From an uncultured Acidobacteriota bacterium (GTDB taxonomy: Bacteria > Acidobacteriota > Blastocatellia > RBC074), in contig CAWCKY010000004.1 in NCBI GenBank assembly GCA_963796275.1, positions 32,001 through 96,000 of the forward strand: DNA of 64,000 nt, read 5' to 3'. Under the pieces are notes generated by a model. That model saw nothing but the letters and a program-made list of their open reading frames with translations, was not told the DNA's origin and did no database searches. A program made the position numbers and the translations under genes. Shown here in pieces: positions 18,063 through 29,300 of the stretch. The first letter of the stretch is position 1; each line of letters opens with the position of its first letter.

Positions 18063-20417
18063 TTAGAATGAATAGGTCTTACTGACATAAGTTGTATCAC
18101 TATAAGGAAACCAGCTAGAAATTAACTCACCAGGCCTTGGGTTGGAGACTAGCTCGTCCAAGGCAGGCAAATCGTAAGAAAGGTCTGTCACCTTTAATTT
18201 GATCGGCAATGACGCTTTGGTAACTAAGACCAAATCCAATCCTGCCTCTGGAAGAGGTAGATATCGTAAGCCCCATTGACCAGCTCCTCCTCCGTTCGCG
18301 GTTTTGCCATTGATTGTGGCGCTTATAACTTCTGCACCATGGTCCAAAAGGATGAAGATTATCGGGGCCTTTCTTGGGGATTTAATATTGAAATGCGAGG
18401 TTTTCACTGTCCCGCTAATGCTCTGACTCACTAAAGATATCTCGGGCACCGCGAGCTCTTTTATTGGAGCTTGAGCGCTTAGAAATGCGGGATAGGTCGA
18501 GGGAATGAAATTATCGAGCGGCCCAAGTTTTACGTGATCAGTTAGGAATCGATTGGTCCAGGCATTTAGTCTATGATCCATAGTTGCCCATATGGCCTTA
18601 CCTGAATCTGCGTTCATGGCATAGAATAGACTGCTCGGTCGCGGATGCTCTCGATCAATACGCGCTGTGAAGATGGCGGCACTAATAAACGCCACGCTCA
18701 AAATCAATGAAATCCATGGCAATAACCAGCGATCCGACATCCTGGTCCGATTCAATGCCTGATCCAAATGCGGAATGAATAACCCCGTAACTAACACCAC
18801 CAATAAAATAATGACCGGAGCCAGTGAGATGCCGAATGCCAATGATATTAGATAAATCATCGGACTCCACAATATGACCCCTGGTAGCGCGCCTGCCAAT
18901 GGAAGAAGCCTATTCTTAAAGAATGCCCCGAATGTATCGCCGATAAACATTCGGCCCCCCAAGGCGACCAAGCTAAACAATAAGGGCCAAACGAACAAAT
19001 AGCTGCCACCCGGTATAAAGATGCTTGTGGCTATCAATGGAAATAACCACCAGAATATTGCCCCCATGGCGAGGTCTAACGTGGATATCTTCTTTTGCCA
19101 GTGGCCATAAAACATGGAGAGAACAGTGAGAACCAAAGCTGCATAACCAATCAAATAATATCCGCTGTTATAAGTATCTCCTTGTGGAAACGCCTTATAG
19201 TCAGGATAGAGCATACCGATTAGCAGCGAAGCAAACGCGACAATAATTGGCGAAATCATCAGCGTCATAAGGAAAATGCCGATTCCTCGCATCAAACCTG
19301 GCCCAGACAGCATCCTTCGCCGAATACCCAGAATCGATAATCCAATATAGAGGGCAGAGACCAGAGCTGCTAAAGGTTTGGCCCAACCGTCAGAGTAATG
19401 GACCAGGCCCCACCCCGGTAGATCGAAATACACCTTGTTGTTATTTGTCGCGGTTTTCGACAGATCCATTGCGCCTAGACGTTTGGAAAGCGCAAGGGCA
19501 TACGCCCCCTGGTGTTGCAAACTGCGTTCGTCAATGTTTTCGAGGCTGTCCAGCATGGTATGGTAATGCGTGTGGCCCGAGATATAGGCGAAATTCAACC
19601 CCGCCCAGCCTGCCCTTTTAAAAACCGAGAAATCTGTGTCGTTTGGTAAAAGCCTATAGATTTCTTGAGAGAGTGAATTAGCAACTGGGTGAGGTGCGGC
19701 CTGCGCCAGTTCATCGATTAGCCAGCCATTTCCATCACTCGTCTCAAACATTATCGCAGGCCCGGAATTGCCGCGTGCCTCAAAGTTTAAAACCACTCCG
19801 ACATTGAAGGCTAACGGATGTTCGGCGACAAAAGCTCTCGCACCAAGCAATCCCGCTTCCTCTCCATCTGTAAACAAAAAGATCACATCATTTTTTAGCG
19901 GCGGACTGTTTCGTAAAGCTCTCAAGGTTTCCAGCATTGCTGCAACCCCGGCTCCATCATCGCTTGCTCCAGGGCTGGACGGAACAGAGTCATAATGGCT
20001 GACCAACACGATCGATTCGCTGTTACCAGTTCCACCTAACATAGCGACGATATTTTCTATCGTAGCAGCCTTAATTAGCCCGCTGCGATCATTACTGGTC
20101 ACCGTGGAATTTTGAATCTGAGGTGATAGCCCAAGACTGGAGAGCTGTTGATATATGTAGTCTCGCACGGCACGATGCTCGGCTGAACCCTGTGGATGAG
20201 GGCGCTTGGCGATCACTCGTAAATGCGCCATTGCCCTTGCCGAGGAAAACTCCCCAATCGGTGCATTGTCTGGCACTGCGTGCGGCGGATCGAGATGTCC
20301 AATTGCTAATCTCCCAATTAGCAAGATCACTGAAATTGATAGGAGAATAGCATAAGAGCTTGTAGCACTCAGTGCGACAACTTGCTCCGACTCTTTCGAT
20401 GTAAATGTATCTGCCAC
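18063..20417 (-). CDS. Membrane-anchored M28-family metallopeptidase with multi-TM region
   Basis: SHYDS, GASDDGAG, TDGEEAGLLG, NFEARG, DTDFSVF, YHT motifs followed by several TM helices. Confidence 0.92.
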   Translation of the reverse strand: MADTFTSKESEQVVALSATSSYAILLSISVILLIGRLAIGHLDPPHAVPDNAPIGEFSSARAMAHLRVIAKRPHPQGSAEHRAVRDYIYQQLSSLGLSPQIQNSTVTSNDRSGLIKAATIENIVAMLGGTGNSESIVLVSHYDSVPSSPGASDDGAGVAAMLETLRALRNSPPLKNDVIFLFTDGEEAGLLGARAFVAEHPLAFNVGVVLNFEARGNSGPAIMFETSDGNGWLIDELAQAAPHPVANSLSQEIYRLLPNDTDFSVFKRAGWAGLNFAYISGHTHYHTMLDSLENIDERSLQHQGAYALALSKRLGAMDLSKTATNNNKVYFDLPGWGLVHYSDGWAKPLAALVSALYIGLSILGIRRRMLSGPGLMRGIGIFLMTLMISPIIVAFASLLIGMLYPDYKAFPQGDTYNSGYYLIGYAALVLTVLSMFYGHWQKKISTLDLAMGAIFWWLFPLIATSIFIPGGSYLFVWPLLFSLVALGGRMFIGDTFGAFFKNRLLPLAGALPGVILWSPMIYLISLAFGISLAPVIILLVVLVTGLFIPHLDQALNRTRMSDRWLLPWISLILSVAFISAAIFTARIDREHPRPSSLFYAMNADSGKAIWATMDHRLNAWTNRFLTDHVKLGPLDNFIPSTYPAFLSAQAPIKELAVPEISLVSQSISGTVKTSHFNIKSPRKAPIIFILLDHGAEVISATINGKTANGGGAGQWGLRYLPLPEAGLDLVLVTKASLPIKLKVTDLSYDLPALDELVSNPRPGELISSWFPYSDTTYVSKTYSF

Positions 20418-20596
20418 TGCAACACTCTTACGAAAGTTATCTCTTCAAGCTGAACTCACAGACCTGAGGTATATCACCTGGATTCTTGAATGGCGATTTG
20501 TTGAAGGAACAGGTTTATGTTTGTGTAGTCGCTACATATCGTTTTTGATTTTACGCCACAAATTTGGTATCAGTTCTCAAGGCAGATACGTCAGAT

Positions 20597-21169
20597 TCAT
20601 GTCCCTCTTAAGAGCCTAGATGTGATATCCAATTTGTCGCTAAGCTTGGTTTCATTTCCATTTGGGTCAGGAACTATTGTTACTACGGTGCCTTCATCAA
20701 GCTGAATTGCTACTGACCTCTGCAGTAAAGTTACGGAGATGACCAACCGCTTCTTATTGTCGTTTTGACATATAGCCCCCTGAACACCGGCTAGAGGACC
20801 TGTCTCTACAAGAACTACCGTTCCATCAGGGAGATAGTTCCATGGCTCTCGTAAGAAATGGCTCCGTGCTAAAAGCTGTAAGGCATCGATCTCTTCTACA
20901 GCTATTTCCGCAGGCTTCCCGCCAAACCCAACTATTCTGGTGACTCCCTTAGTTGCAATTACTTTGCCCATGGCCGAAGGACTGAGGTAGCAGAAAACAT
21001 AGGTAGAGAAAAGTGGCAACTCTATCTCTACTGTACGGTCTGACCATTTTCGCTTCTGCCGGTATGTCGGTGTAAAACACTCATAGCCTTTTTGTCCGAG
21101 CAGATAACTTATTTTCTTTTCATTCCTTGGCATAGTCTGTATAGCAAACCATGACTGCACAGTATTCAT
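20597..21169 (-). CDS. Specialised NusG paralog (UpxY/RfaH/LoaP-like transcription antiterminator)
   Basis: NGN domain WFAIQTMPRNEKK, RKWSDR...PLFSTYVF; KOW motif ETGPLAGVQG; first gene of a long operon. Confidence 0.92.
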   Translation of the reverse strand: MNTVQSWFAIQTMPRNEKKISYLLGQKGYECFTPTYRQKRKWSDRTVEIELPLFSTYVFCYLSPSAMGKVIATKGVTRIVGFGGKPAEIAVEEIDALQLLARSHFLREPWNYLPDGTVVLVETGPLAGVQGAICQNDNKKRLVISVTLLQRSVAIQLDEGTVVTIVPDPNGNETKLSDKLDITSRLLRGT

Positions 21170-21236
21170 ATCAAGCTATCCCCTGAACTGGCACCACGCA
21201 TTTTTACGTCGAGCTGAATACCAGTGGATTTTATGA

Positions 21237-21275
21237 CAGGCTACTGCCATCCTGAGTCACATCGTAGAACTCAGG
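21237..21275 (-). promoter_or_regulatory. JUMPstart/ops-like element: hairpin followed by GGCAGTAGCCTG
   Basis: Minus strand CCTGAGT-tctacgatgtg-ACTCAGG AT GGCAGTAGCCTG; one mismatch from the ops consensus GGCGGTAGnnTG; lies between the promoter and the nusG paralog. Confidence 0.65.
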
Positions 21276-21349
21276 CAAATAAAAGCGAACACAGATATTG
21301 CCCTTGACTCGTTATTTCCGTGAAGCACTACTTGCCGCAAGTATTTATG

Positions 21350-21365
21350 GCAATCGAGGTGCCAA
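21350..21365 (-). promoter_or_regulatory. Sigma54 (RpoN) -24/-12 promoter
   Basis: Minus strand TTGGCAC-CTCGA-TTGC is an exact match to TGGCAC-N5-TTGC, oriented into the NRPS operon. Confidence 0.8.
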
Positions 21366-21486
21366 AGCTCACCTCCGCATGGCGAGAGCTCGAGCGAAGA
21401 GCGAAATTGCTTGACCCGGTTGAAGATGATGGTGATGAAGGATGGCGATAGAAGAATATCCCGTGGCATCCGGCCGAGCCGCGCAA

Positions 21487-21595
21487 TATCACCAATGATA
21501 ACGCCTGGCGGAAAATTCAACCGGGCGTAAGGTGCTAAGGTCTTGGTTGTTCAACGGCTTCGGCACGCTGCCGGACTGCTGTATCAATGCTGATA
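21487..21595. promoter_or_regulatory. Candidate enhancer (UAS): two TATCA-N4-TGATA palindromes
   Basis: TATCAccaaTGATA 21487-21500 and TATCAatgcTGATA 21582-21595, about 120 and 215 bp upstream of the -24 element. Confidence 0.6.
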
Positions 21596-21650
21596 TAATT
21601 ACTTGAGCGATGATCATCATCTGAGCTTGCTGGAGTGGTAGGTGGCGTGC

Positions 21651-23606
21651 TCACTTATTGAGCGCCGCTTTTGGTTTCAGCTTGCGGACCAGATGCTCGA
21701 CTTCGGCCCTTAGCTCCAGTTCGTTGATCAGACGATGGAGGTTGGGCGGTTTGATGCCGAGCAAGCCAGCAGCCTCGCTCAGGTTGCCCGTAGCCTGGTT
21801 GATAGCTTCACGGATCACACGTTTTTTAGCCTCTTCGGCCGCTTGTCTGGCAACTAGATTGATGTCGAGGCCGGGCGCGCCTGTGAGTGGAGCCAGGGCA
21901 CGAATCTCTTCGGGCAGATCTGCCGGCGCGATGAATTCAGTCGTCTCTGTTGATCCTGCATCGTGGTGTAGCACCGCATAGTAGATGGCGCTCTCTAACT
22001 CGCGCACATTGCCCGGCCAATGGTAGTTTTTCAAACAGGCTAAGGTTTCGGGGGCAATCAGCGTCACGGGCGGGTGGCGTTTCGCGCCATACTTCCTGGC
22101 GAAGTGCCGGGCAAGCAGTTCAATATCCTCACGATGATCCCGCAGCGGGGGCAAAGGGATAGGAAAGACCTTGAGCCTGTAATAAAGGTCTTCGCGGAAG
22201 GTACCAGCCTTGACGGCGGCCTCGAGATCACGATTGGTCGCGATGAGCATCCTGACGTCCACCCGGATCGAGCGCGTGCCGCCAAGTCGCTCGAATTCAG
22301 GTTTGACCTCAGAGTCCACAGGCAGCACCCGAAGCAGCTTGGCCTGCAGCGACAAGGGCATCTCGCCGATCTCATCGAGGAAGACAGTGCCGCCGTTCGC
22401 CGCTTCCAGCTTCCCTTTCTTTACTTGTATGGCCGCCCCGGTAAAGGCGCCCGGTTCGTGGCCGAAGAGTTCGTTCTCCAGCAAGGTCTCCGGGATCGCC
22501 GCGCAGTTGATCGCCATAAACGGCTGACCGGCGCGCCGGCTGCGGTCATGGACGGCGCGGGCCACCAACTCCTTACCCGTGCCACTCTCGCCAAGGATCA
22601 AGACGGTGGCGTCAGAAGAGGCCGCCCTGGCAATCTTCTCATGCACCTCAGTAATCTTCTGACTCTCACCGATGATACGGTGCTGGGACTGCAGTTCGGC
22701 GCCGAGCCGCCGGGTCTCCTGCTCTAGCCACTCAGCGCGCCAGGCTTTTTCTAACGCATTGGCGGACAGGTCGGCGATGGCCGTCACCAGGTCTATCTGA
22801 TGATCGTCGAAGCGACCGTGTTGATCATCGACGGTCAGATAAATGACGCCAAGCACCTGTCCATCAGTGATCAGCGGGACGACGAGCAACGACTGCGGCG
22901 GATCGCCATCGGTGAAGAGCATCGAACGACGTTCATACCGCGCCCGTTGAACGGGAAGGCGTTGAACTTGAATAGTGGAGTCCATCGCCGGCGGCCGAGC
23001 CTTGACCGCTTCTTCGGTCAACTCTTCAGCTTCGTCTACGAAACGGAGAAGAACTCCTCGGTCGGCGGGAACGATCTCAAAGATAGAGTCGAGCAATTGC
23101 CGCGCGAGCGCACGGGGCTTGCGGATGGCATTGATCGCCCGGCTGATCTTCAGCAACTCGTTCAGATCGCGGGCAAGTGAAGCAGCCGGCGGCAACGCGG
23201 CTGCTACTTTCGCCGGATCCAGGTAGAGCACGTCTTCCAGGCGGCGCAGGATGGTTGCGCCGATGGCAGTCGTGTCGTCACTGAACTGCACGAAGCCCGC
23301 AGGTTGTGGAACTTCGCCCTCGCCGAGCAAAAAGATGAAGACGGAATCAGCAACGGTGAGTAGATCGAAATGCGCTAACGTACGCTTCTTCACCGGCTCG
23401 TTATTGATAAACGTGCCGTTGGTGCTCAAGTCTTCGATCTCGAATTGATTCCCGACTCTGCGGATCACACAATGCTGCCGTGACACCAGATCACCGCCGA
23501 GGCATAGTTGATTGGACGGCGCGCGCCCGACAAAACATTCGTTACTATCGAGAATCACGGCCCTGCCCTTCAACAAACCGGCCACCTCTATCAGCTTAGG
23601 AGACAT
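21651..23606 (-). CDS. FHA-GAF-sigma54 enhancer-binding transcriptional activator
   Basis: FHA (VGR..VSRQH..STNGT), [34 protein letters not shown]-terminal Fis-type HTH; ATG 23606 with GGAGG RBS. Confidence 0.95.
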   Translation of the reverse strand: MSPKLIEVAGLLKGRAVILDSNECFVGRAPSNQLCLGGDLVSRQHCVIRRVGNQFEIEDLSTNGTFINNEPVKKRTLAHFDLLTVADSVFIFLLGEGEVPQPAGFVQFSDDTTAIGATILRRLEDVLYLDPAKVAAALPPAASLARDLNELLKISRAINAIRKPRALARQLLDSIFEIVPADRGVLLRFVDEAEELTEEAVKARPPAMDSTIQVQRLPVQRARYERRSMLFTDGDPPQSLLVVPLITDGQVLGVIYLTVDDQHGRFDDHQIDLVTAIADLSANALEKAWRAEWLEQETRRLGAELQSQHRIIGESQKITEVHEKIARAASSDATVLILGESGTGKELVARAVHDRSRRAGQPFMAINCAAIPETLLENELFGHEPGAFTGAAIQVKKGKLEAANGGTVFLDEIGEMPLSLQAKLLRVLPVDSEVKPEFERLGGTRSIRVDVRMLIATNRDLEAAVKAGTFREDLYYRLKVFPIPLPPLRDHREDIELLARHFARKYGAKRHPPVTLIAPETLACLKNYHWPGNVRELESAIYYAVLHHDAGSTETTEFIAPADLPEEIRALAPLTGAPGLDINLVARQAAEEAKKRVIREAINQATGNLSEAAGLLGIKPPNLHRLINELELRAEVEHLVRKLKPKAALNK

Positions 23607-23750
23607 CTTTTCCTCCAAAAACAAAACTGGTCTCTGACTGTGAAATTCCGTAAGCCCTGTGGGCCCTGGCACGATCGAGCCTGTCGATTGGCACATAGCG
23701 CATGACGGGCTGCGCTGAAAAACCGGGCTCGTCTGAATTCGATTTCCAAT

Positions 23751-24554
23751 CTACTTATGAATTAAATCAACGTTCATCATGAGGATCCCGGCCCAGAGGG
23801 AGACGTTCATCTTGACTTTGGCCGGACTGGGTGCTCCCGGTGGCAGCCCCACGTCACGCCGGATATGATCGCGCTCGGTCGGAGTTTGGGCCTGACCAAA
23901 TTTTCGGCTCTGACTCTCGCGAGCGGCGGTGTCCGCCCAAGCCAAAAGCTGTTTCCATTGCGCGGCGGATGGACGCCATGGACAGGCCTCCTGGTTATCA
24001 CGACAAAATGCGGTCAGCTGCTCCCCGGTCAGGATATCCGGCAACCGCTCGCGCGTAACAAATAGATAGAAACGTTCGATCGCCACGGCCTGGTTGAAGT
24101 GAAACCAACGAAACTCCGGATCCTCCTCGCGGCTCGAAGGAACTTCTCTGGGCACATGCGCCTTAACGAAATTATGGCCGCCCTGCAAGCGGGCGTCTGG
24201 GAAGAGCATCTTCGCCGGGCCGTCATTCTCGACATGAAAGACATAGAGATAACCGGTGATATTCGACTCGATCATAAAACGCACGGCGTCTCCCTCACGA
24301 AACGCGCGCCTGGCATTGACGCGCACTGCCGCTTCGCGCGGCCCTCGCTTTAAGAGCGTAAATCCGAGACCAATGGGCCCTGCGGGTCGAGATTGAGCTT
24401 GAGTCTTGGACTTTGAGAGATGGGTCACCACCTTGTCTCGCGTGCTCACGAAGTTGCGTACAACCTCGTCATCGTTCTCTCTTTGCGCCAGCGCTGCCGG
24501 CGCCAAACAGGTCAGAAGTATGATGGCCGCAACGCCGAAATAGCTTGATTTCAT
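23751..24554 (-). CDS. Secreted DUF4384-like protein
   Basis: Signal peptide ending ALA; FREGDAVRFMIESNITGYLYVF...MLFP pattern; start overlaps the kinase stop. Confidence 0.75.
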   Translation of the reverse strand: MKSSYFGVAAIILLTCLAPAALAQRENDDEVVRNFVSTRDKVVTHLSKSKTQAQSRPAGPIGLGFTLLKRGPREAAVRVNARRAFREGDAVRFMIESNITGYLYVFHVENDGPAKMLFPDARLQGGHNFVKAHVPREVPSSREEDPEFRWFHFNQAVAIERFYLFVTRERLPDILTGEQLTAFCRDNQEACPWRPSAAQWKQLLAWADTAARESQSRKFGQAQTPTERDHIRRDVGLPPGAPSPAKVKMNVSLWAGILMMNVDLIHK

Positions 24555-26338
24555 CTTTGATCTCTTCTTTCTCTACCCCCAAGACCGAGATTGACCTCAA
24601 ATAGAAACGGCGCGCCGCTCGCGCGTTCCCCCGAGATGGCGACGATAGATTGAGAGCCTTGCGTATCAATGCGCACGTGCTGTCCAAACCTTCTCCGTAA
24701 CTCGGCCAATTCGGCCTCCTCCTCCGCTGTCAAGGCATGATCAGCGGCCTCGGCCAGAAAACGTGGCTGGGCTAATGGCTCGGGCGTGAAGATGATGGTA
24801 TAGGTTCGGAAGCTTGCGCCACGTGCGACTTCGATCCACTTATCCACTCGTGACGGGAAGCCATAGTCTGTTCCGGCAGCGAGCAGGTTGCCCTTCACTC
24901 CCCATGCTGAATTCGGTTGTGCGGTCAAAAACGTGGTGCGCGCCGCTCGCTCGCCCGGCGCGACGATATAGAGATAGCCGCGCCAACTCGGCACAAAATG
25001 AAACTTCAGCCATCGGCCTCTGACAACCGGATTGGCGCCCGCGACGCGCTCCGCTCTACCAGTCTCCGGCTCCACCTCCAAGTAGTATCGCATGGCCTCA
25101 ACTAATGGCCCGGATCCCGGCGTCGAACTGTCGGGGCGCGTGATGATGGTCTCTCCAGCCGGCGGATTAGCCACGCTCGAACCTGGCAGACGACTTAAGC
25201 GCCAATACGCCAGTGCGGCAATCACCGGAAGCAAAAGACACAAAGCAATACACGCTGTCCGGGCGCCGCCCAAACGAGACCAGGCGGCAACGGCAACCTG
25301 CTCATCAACGCCGGGCGCTGCGGATGGCAGAGCAATCCGCCCGGCATTAGTGGCTTCCAAGCCCGATGATTTCGTTGCATCGCGAGCGGCGGTCGCTGGC
25401 TCTTCGCGCAGGGAAACGCTCTCCATCCACGAACCGTCAATAGATGTTGCGGTGTCGTGATAATCCGGAGCGTGCGGCTGGGCTGCCGCGCGCAATGCCC
25501 GGCGCATTTCGGTCGCGGTCGCCGGACGCTCATCGGGAAGATGAGCCAGGGCGCGCATCAGCACAACGGCGACGGCTTCAGGTACTTGCCCATTCAGTTC
25601 ATTGGCTGGTCGCAATGGATCTGGCCGCCGCTCTAGCGCTGCCGTTGTGCGCGTCAGCGCATCCGCTGGGAGACGCCCCGTGATCAATCGATAGACGGTC
25701 GCGGCCAGCGAATAAAGATCACTACGCGGATCGGTTCCAGTGCCACGAATCTGCTCCAGCGGCGCATAATTGCGCGTATAACCAGGCAGGCTCTCGTCGA
25801 TCTCCTCGTCCATCTGGGACACCTCGGTCGCCGTCCCTTTAGCCAGCCCGAAGTCGAGCAAAATGACATCTCCTTGCTCGGTCAATTTTAAGTTCTGCGG
25901 CTTGATATCTCGATGGACAACCGGCGGCTGATGACCGTGCAAGTATTCGAGCGCATCGAGCAGTTGATCAGCCCAGCGCAGAACCTGGTTCACGGCGAAG
26001 GCTTCACCGGTCTCCTGTATCTTTTCAGCCAGCAGTTCTTCCAGGTCTTTTCCCAGAAACAACTGCATGACAAGATACTGCGCTTCCCCTTCTGTGAAAT
26101 GATCCGTAACGTGCGGAAATACACGGTGGCGGAGCCGATGCAGCAACCTTGCTTCGCGTGTAAAAGCCTGGCGGAACTTCGCCTGAGTGAAGTAAGCCTC
26201 TTTCACCGCAACCCGGCTGCGAAACAGCCGGTCCTCGGCAAGATAAACGCTCCCCATCCCGCCCTGTTTGAGCAGAGACAAGATGCGATAGCGATTCTGC
26301 AGCACAGTGTCAGCTGCTAGTTTGCCAGATCCCATCAT
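24551..26338 (-). CDS. Membrane Hanks-type Ser/Thr kinase with extracytoplasmic DUF4384-like domain
   Basis: GGMGSVY, VAVKE, HRDIKPQN, DFG, YAPLEQ, DLYSL; one TM helix; C-terminal FHFVPSWRGYLYIV. Confidence 0.93.
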   Translation of the reverse strand: MMGSGKLAADTVLQNRYRILSLLKQGGMGSVYLAEDRLFRSRVAVKEAYFTQAKFRQAFTREARLLHRLRHRVFPHVTDHFTEGEAQYLVMQLFLGKDLEELLAEKIQETGEAFAVNQVLRWADQLLDALEYLHGHQPPVVHRDIKPQNLKLTEQGDVILLDFGLAKGTATEVSQMDEEIDESLPGYTRNYAPLEQIRGTGTDPRSDLYSLAATVYRLITGRLPADALTRTTAALERRPDPLRPANELNGQVPEAVAVVLMRALAHLPDERPATATEMRRALRAAAQPHAPDYHDTATSIDGSWMESVSLREEPATAARDATKSSGLEATNAGRIALPSAAPGVDEQVAVAAWSRLGGARTACIALCLLLPVIAALAYWRLSRLPGSSVANPPAGETIITRPDSSTPGSGPLVEAMRYYLEVEPETGRAERVAGANPVVRGRWLKFHFVPSWRGYLYIVAPGERAARTTFLTAQPNSAWGVKGNLLAAGTDYGFPSRVDKWIEVARGASFRTYTIIFTPEPLAQPRFLAEAADHALTAEEEAELAELRRRFGQHVRIDTQGSQSIVAISGERASGAPFLFEVNLGLGGRERRDQR

Positions 26339-26381
26339 TATGCTGGCGCGCGTGGCCAGATCGCCACGCCGTCCTCAGTCC

Positions 26382-29300
26382 TTATCGTTTGCCTTCCAGG
26401 TTCGCCCACTCCCCCGCCTGGATAAAGCTCGCCCAGTAAAATGGATGCTGGCGAGCTTTGCGTTTCAGCATCTCGAGTTGCACGCGCCGCAGCCCATCGC
26501 TTCGCCCCTCGCCGTGTTGCAATGCCTTGTAGTACTCGATCATCAATTCCCGCGTACCCAGATCAGAGACCGACCACAGACTCATCACCTGCGTCTCCGA
26601 TCCGGCCAGCGCCAGCGCACGCCGTAGTCCAAAGACCCCTTCGCCATTCTTCACCTCGCCCACGCCCGTGTCGCAAGCCGAGAGCACGACCAACTTCGTC
26701 CCCCATAAATCCAGCCCCGCAGTTTCTAGCGCCATCAGGACGCCATCGTCTCCGTGATCGGCGCTGCCCCGGCGTCGATTGACACCAGCTAGCGCCAGTC
26801 CTGAACGCAGCAGTGGGTTCTCAACCGGCTGATCAGAGGACGACACAGACCGGACCGTCACCGCGCCCATATCGCGCGCGCCAACCAGCTCAAGCTTTTG
26901 ATCCCGGAGGAAAAATCCATGCGTCGCCACGTGGAGAATGCTCGGACCGTGGAGTTCCTTGAGCGCCGCCTCGGTAGCCTGCTCTCTCGTCAACACTGTT
27001 GCCTGGGGCAGAATCGCTTTGAGCGTCTGCGCCTCGCCCGCCGTCCCGACCAATGGCGGGAAAAAGACGCCAGACAGGTTGAGTGCGCCGGCGGATTGCG
27101 GAGACCCGGGCGGTAGCCCGATATCTCGGCCACTTGACGCGGCCGCTCTCTCACCGTAAGCGGGATTGGCCACAATCACTACCCTCTGCTCGCCCGGCCG
27201 GTCAACAGACGTCCGCAGCAGTTCACGACCGCTCGTCAGATAGCTGATCGAATAGCGTTCGACCAGGTAGTGACCTTGCCGGTCAACGAGGGCGGCGAAT
27301 GGAACAAGATTGAGCAAACCGTCAGGCGCGATCAGCAGACGCCGGATATCCCCCAACCCTGACTGCGCTAATCCCAACACGGGCCGCATCACCTGCTCAT
27401 CCACCACGCGCGCCAGTCGCTTGACGTCCCTCCGGCGCGGATTGCGCAGCGCCCGGCGCCAGGCAGTCATCGCCCGATCAATCGGCGCGGCCTCGCCCAG
27501 GTCGATCCACCTCGCCTCGCCTCGCGCAGCCAGCCAATAGGCGAGGTAGCGCGGCGGCATCTTGTTCTTATTGTTCCGCAGGTCCCTCGGCGTGTAGACG
27601 GCAAATTCGACCAGGGCGCTGTCAGAGGGGAGAGCTTCCTGGACGGCAGCCAGCGTGACCGGTTGAACTTGCGTGCGAAACTCCGGGCGGCGGGCACTCA
27701 AGGCCGATTCCAATTCCTCAACTTTGTCTTCGCGCAGTTTGAGTCGCGCCCGGTAGGTCTCAGGCTTATCCGTTCCCAACTCTCCGAGGGTGAGCGCAGC
27801 CAACTGTGAGCGCGCCTCGGCGAGTTGATCAAAGAGCGTCTGGTCTTCAGGTGCCGCGCGACGTCGCGCTGCGGCGATCGTGTCGGCCATCACATCGAGT
27901 CCACGCCCTTTCCGGCGGAGCAGAGTCGTGAAAGCCAGTTCGAGCGCCTGAGGATATTGCGGGAGGGCTTGACTATGAAGCGAGAGAGTGAAATTGGTTT
28001 GTTCCGAGAAGAGGGCGAGGTAAGCGAGTATCTGGCGTTCAGAGCCGGTGGCGAGATTGAGCGTGAGGTTGCGTTCACCGAGGGAGTTGGCGCGAGACAG
28101 AACTTTGACGGCTTGAGCGAAATCGCCTTTTGCCGTATAAAGCGCGGCCAGATTGTCAAGAAACCCCACGACATCGGGATGTTCTGGCCCCATCGCATTC
28201 TCCAGGATGGCCAGCGCCCGTTGGAACAACGCCTCAGCTTTCGCATACTCACCCTTCTCTCGATAGAGAACTGCAAGTCTATCCATAGAATGAGCGACAT
28301 CGGGGTGCTCAGGCCCTAGCGCTTTCATCTGTATGGACATCGCTCGTTGAAATAGTGTCTCCGCCTTCACATAGTCCCCCCGGTCGCGATAGAGGATGGC
28401 AAGGTTGCTGAGGGGATTCGCAACCCTTGGATCGTCTGGCCCCAAGGCTTTCTCCCGAATGTCTACTGTCCGTCGAAGTAGTCGCTCTGCCTGCTCAAAG
28501 TCGCCGCTGTCGAAGTAGAATTGCGCCATATTGTTGAGGGTAGAGGCAATATCGAGGTGATCCGGCCCCAGCGTTTTCTCACTGATCGCCAGTGCGCGCT
28601 GATAGAGTTCTTCAGCCTTCACGTAGTCTCCCTTGCTGCTGTAGAGATAGGCGATGCTGTGGAGAATTAGAGCGACCCTGGGGTGTTCTGGTCCCAGAGC
28701 CTTCTCCGAAATGGCCAGCGCGCGTAGGCCCAGCTGTTCCGCTTTCGTGTAGGCGCCTCTCCCGCGGTACAAGAGGGTGAGGTTCATGAGAGATTGCGCG
28801 ACATCGGGATGACCCGGACCTAGGACCTTCTCCCGAATGGCGAGCGCTCGTTGATAGAGAGACTCGGCCTCCGCATATTCGCCCATACGGGCATAGACAT
28901 TGGCAAGATTGTTGAGAGAGTTCGCGACATTGGAATGTTGCGGCCCCAGCGCTTTCTCAAGGATGGCCAGCGGGCGTTGAAACAGTTGTTTTGCTTTTAG
29001 GTATTCACCTCTATGGAGAGAGATGACCGCAAGGTTGTTGAGAGTTTTAGCGACATCGGGATGTTCCGGCCCCAAGACCTTCTCCCGGATGGCGAGCGCT
29101 CGCTCGTAGAGTGGCTCGGCCTTCGCATATTCGCCCTTATTCCAGTAGAGGTTGCCGAGGACGTTGAGAACCTCAGCCGCATCGCGATGTTCCAGCCCTA
29201 ATAGCCTCTCACGAATCCCCCGCGAACGTTCAATTAACGGAAGCGCTTCTCCATGCCTGCCTGCGCCTATCAGTTTGAGCCCCTCTTGAAGCAGCTTGCG

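Noticed and set aside
21257-21520. 87-aa ORF in the BGC leader
   Set aside because: No RBS or motif, and it overlaps the promoter and enhancer elements; probably spurious.
23665-23705. Two TGGCAC motifs as sigma54 promoters
   Set aside because: No GC at the required 10-nt spacing, and they point away from the bEBP gene.
28050-29250. 126-bp periodic repeats as a possible CRISPR or DNA repeat array
   Set aside because: They are degenerate in-frame TPR coding repeats of the CHAT protein.
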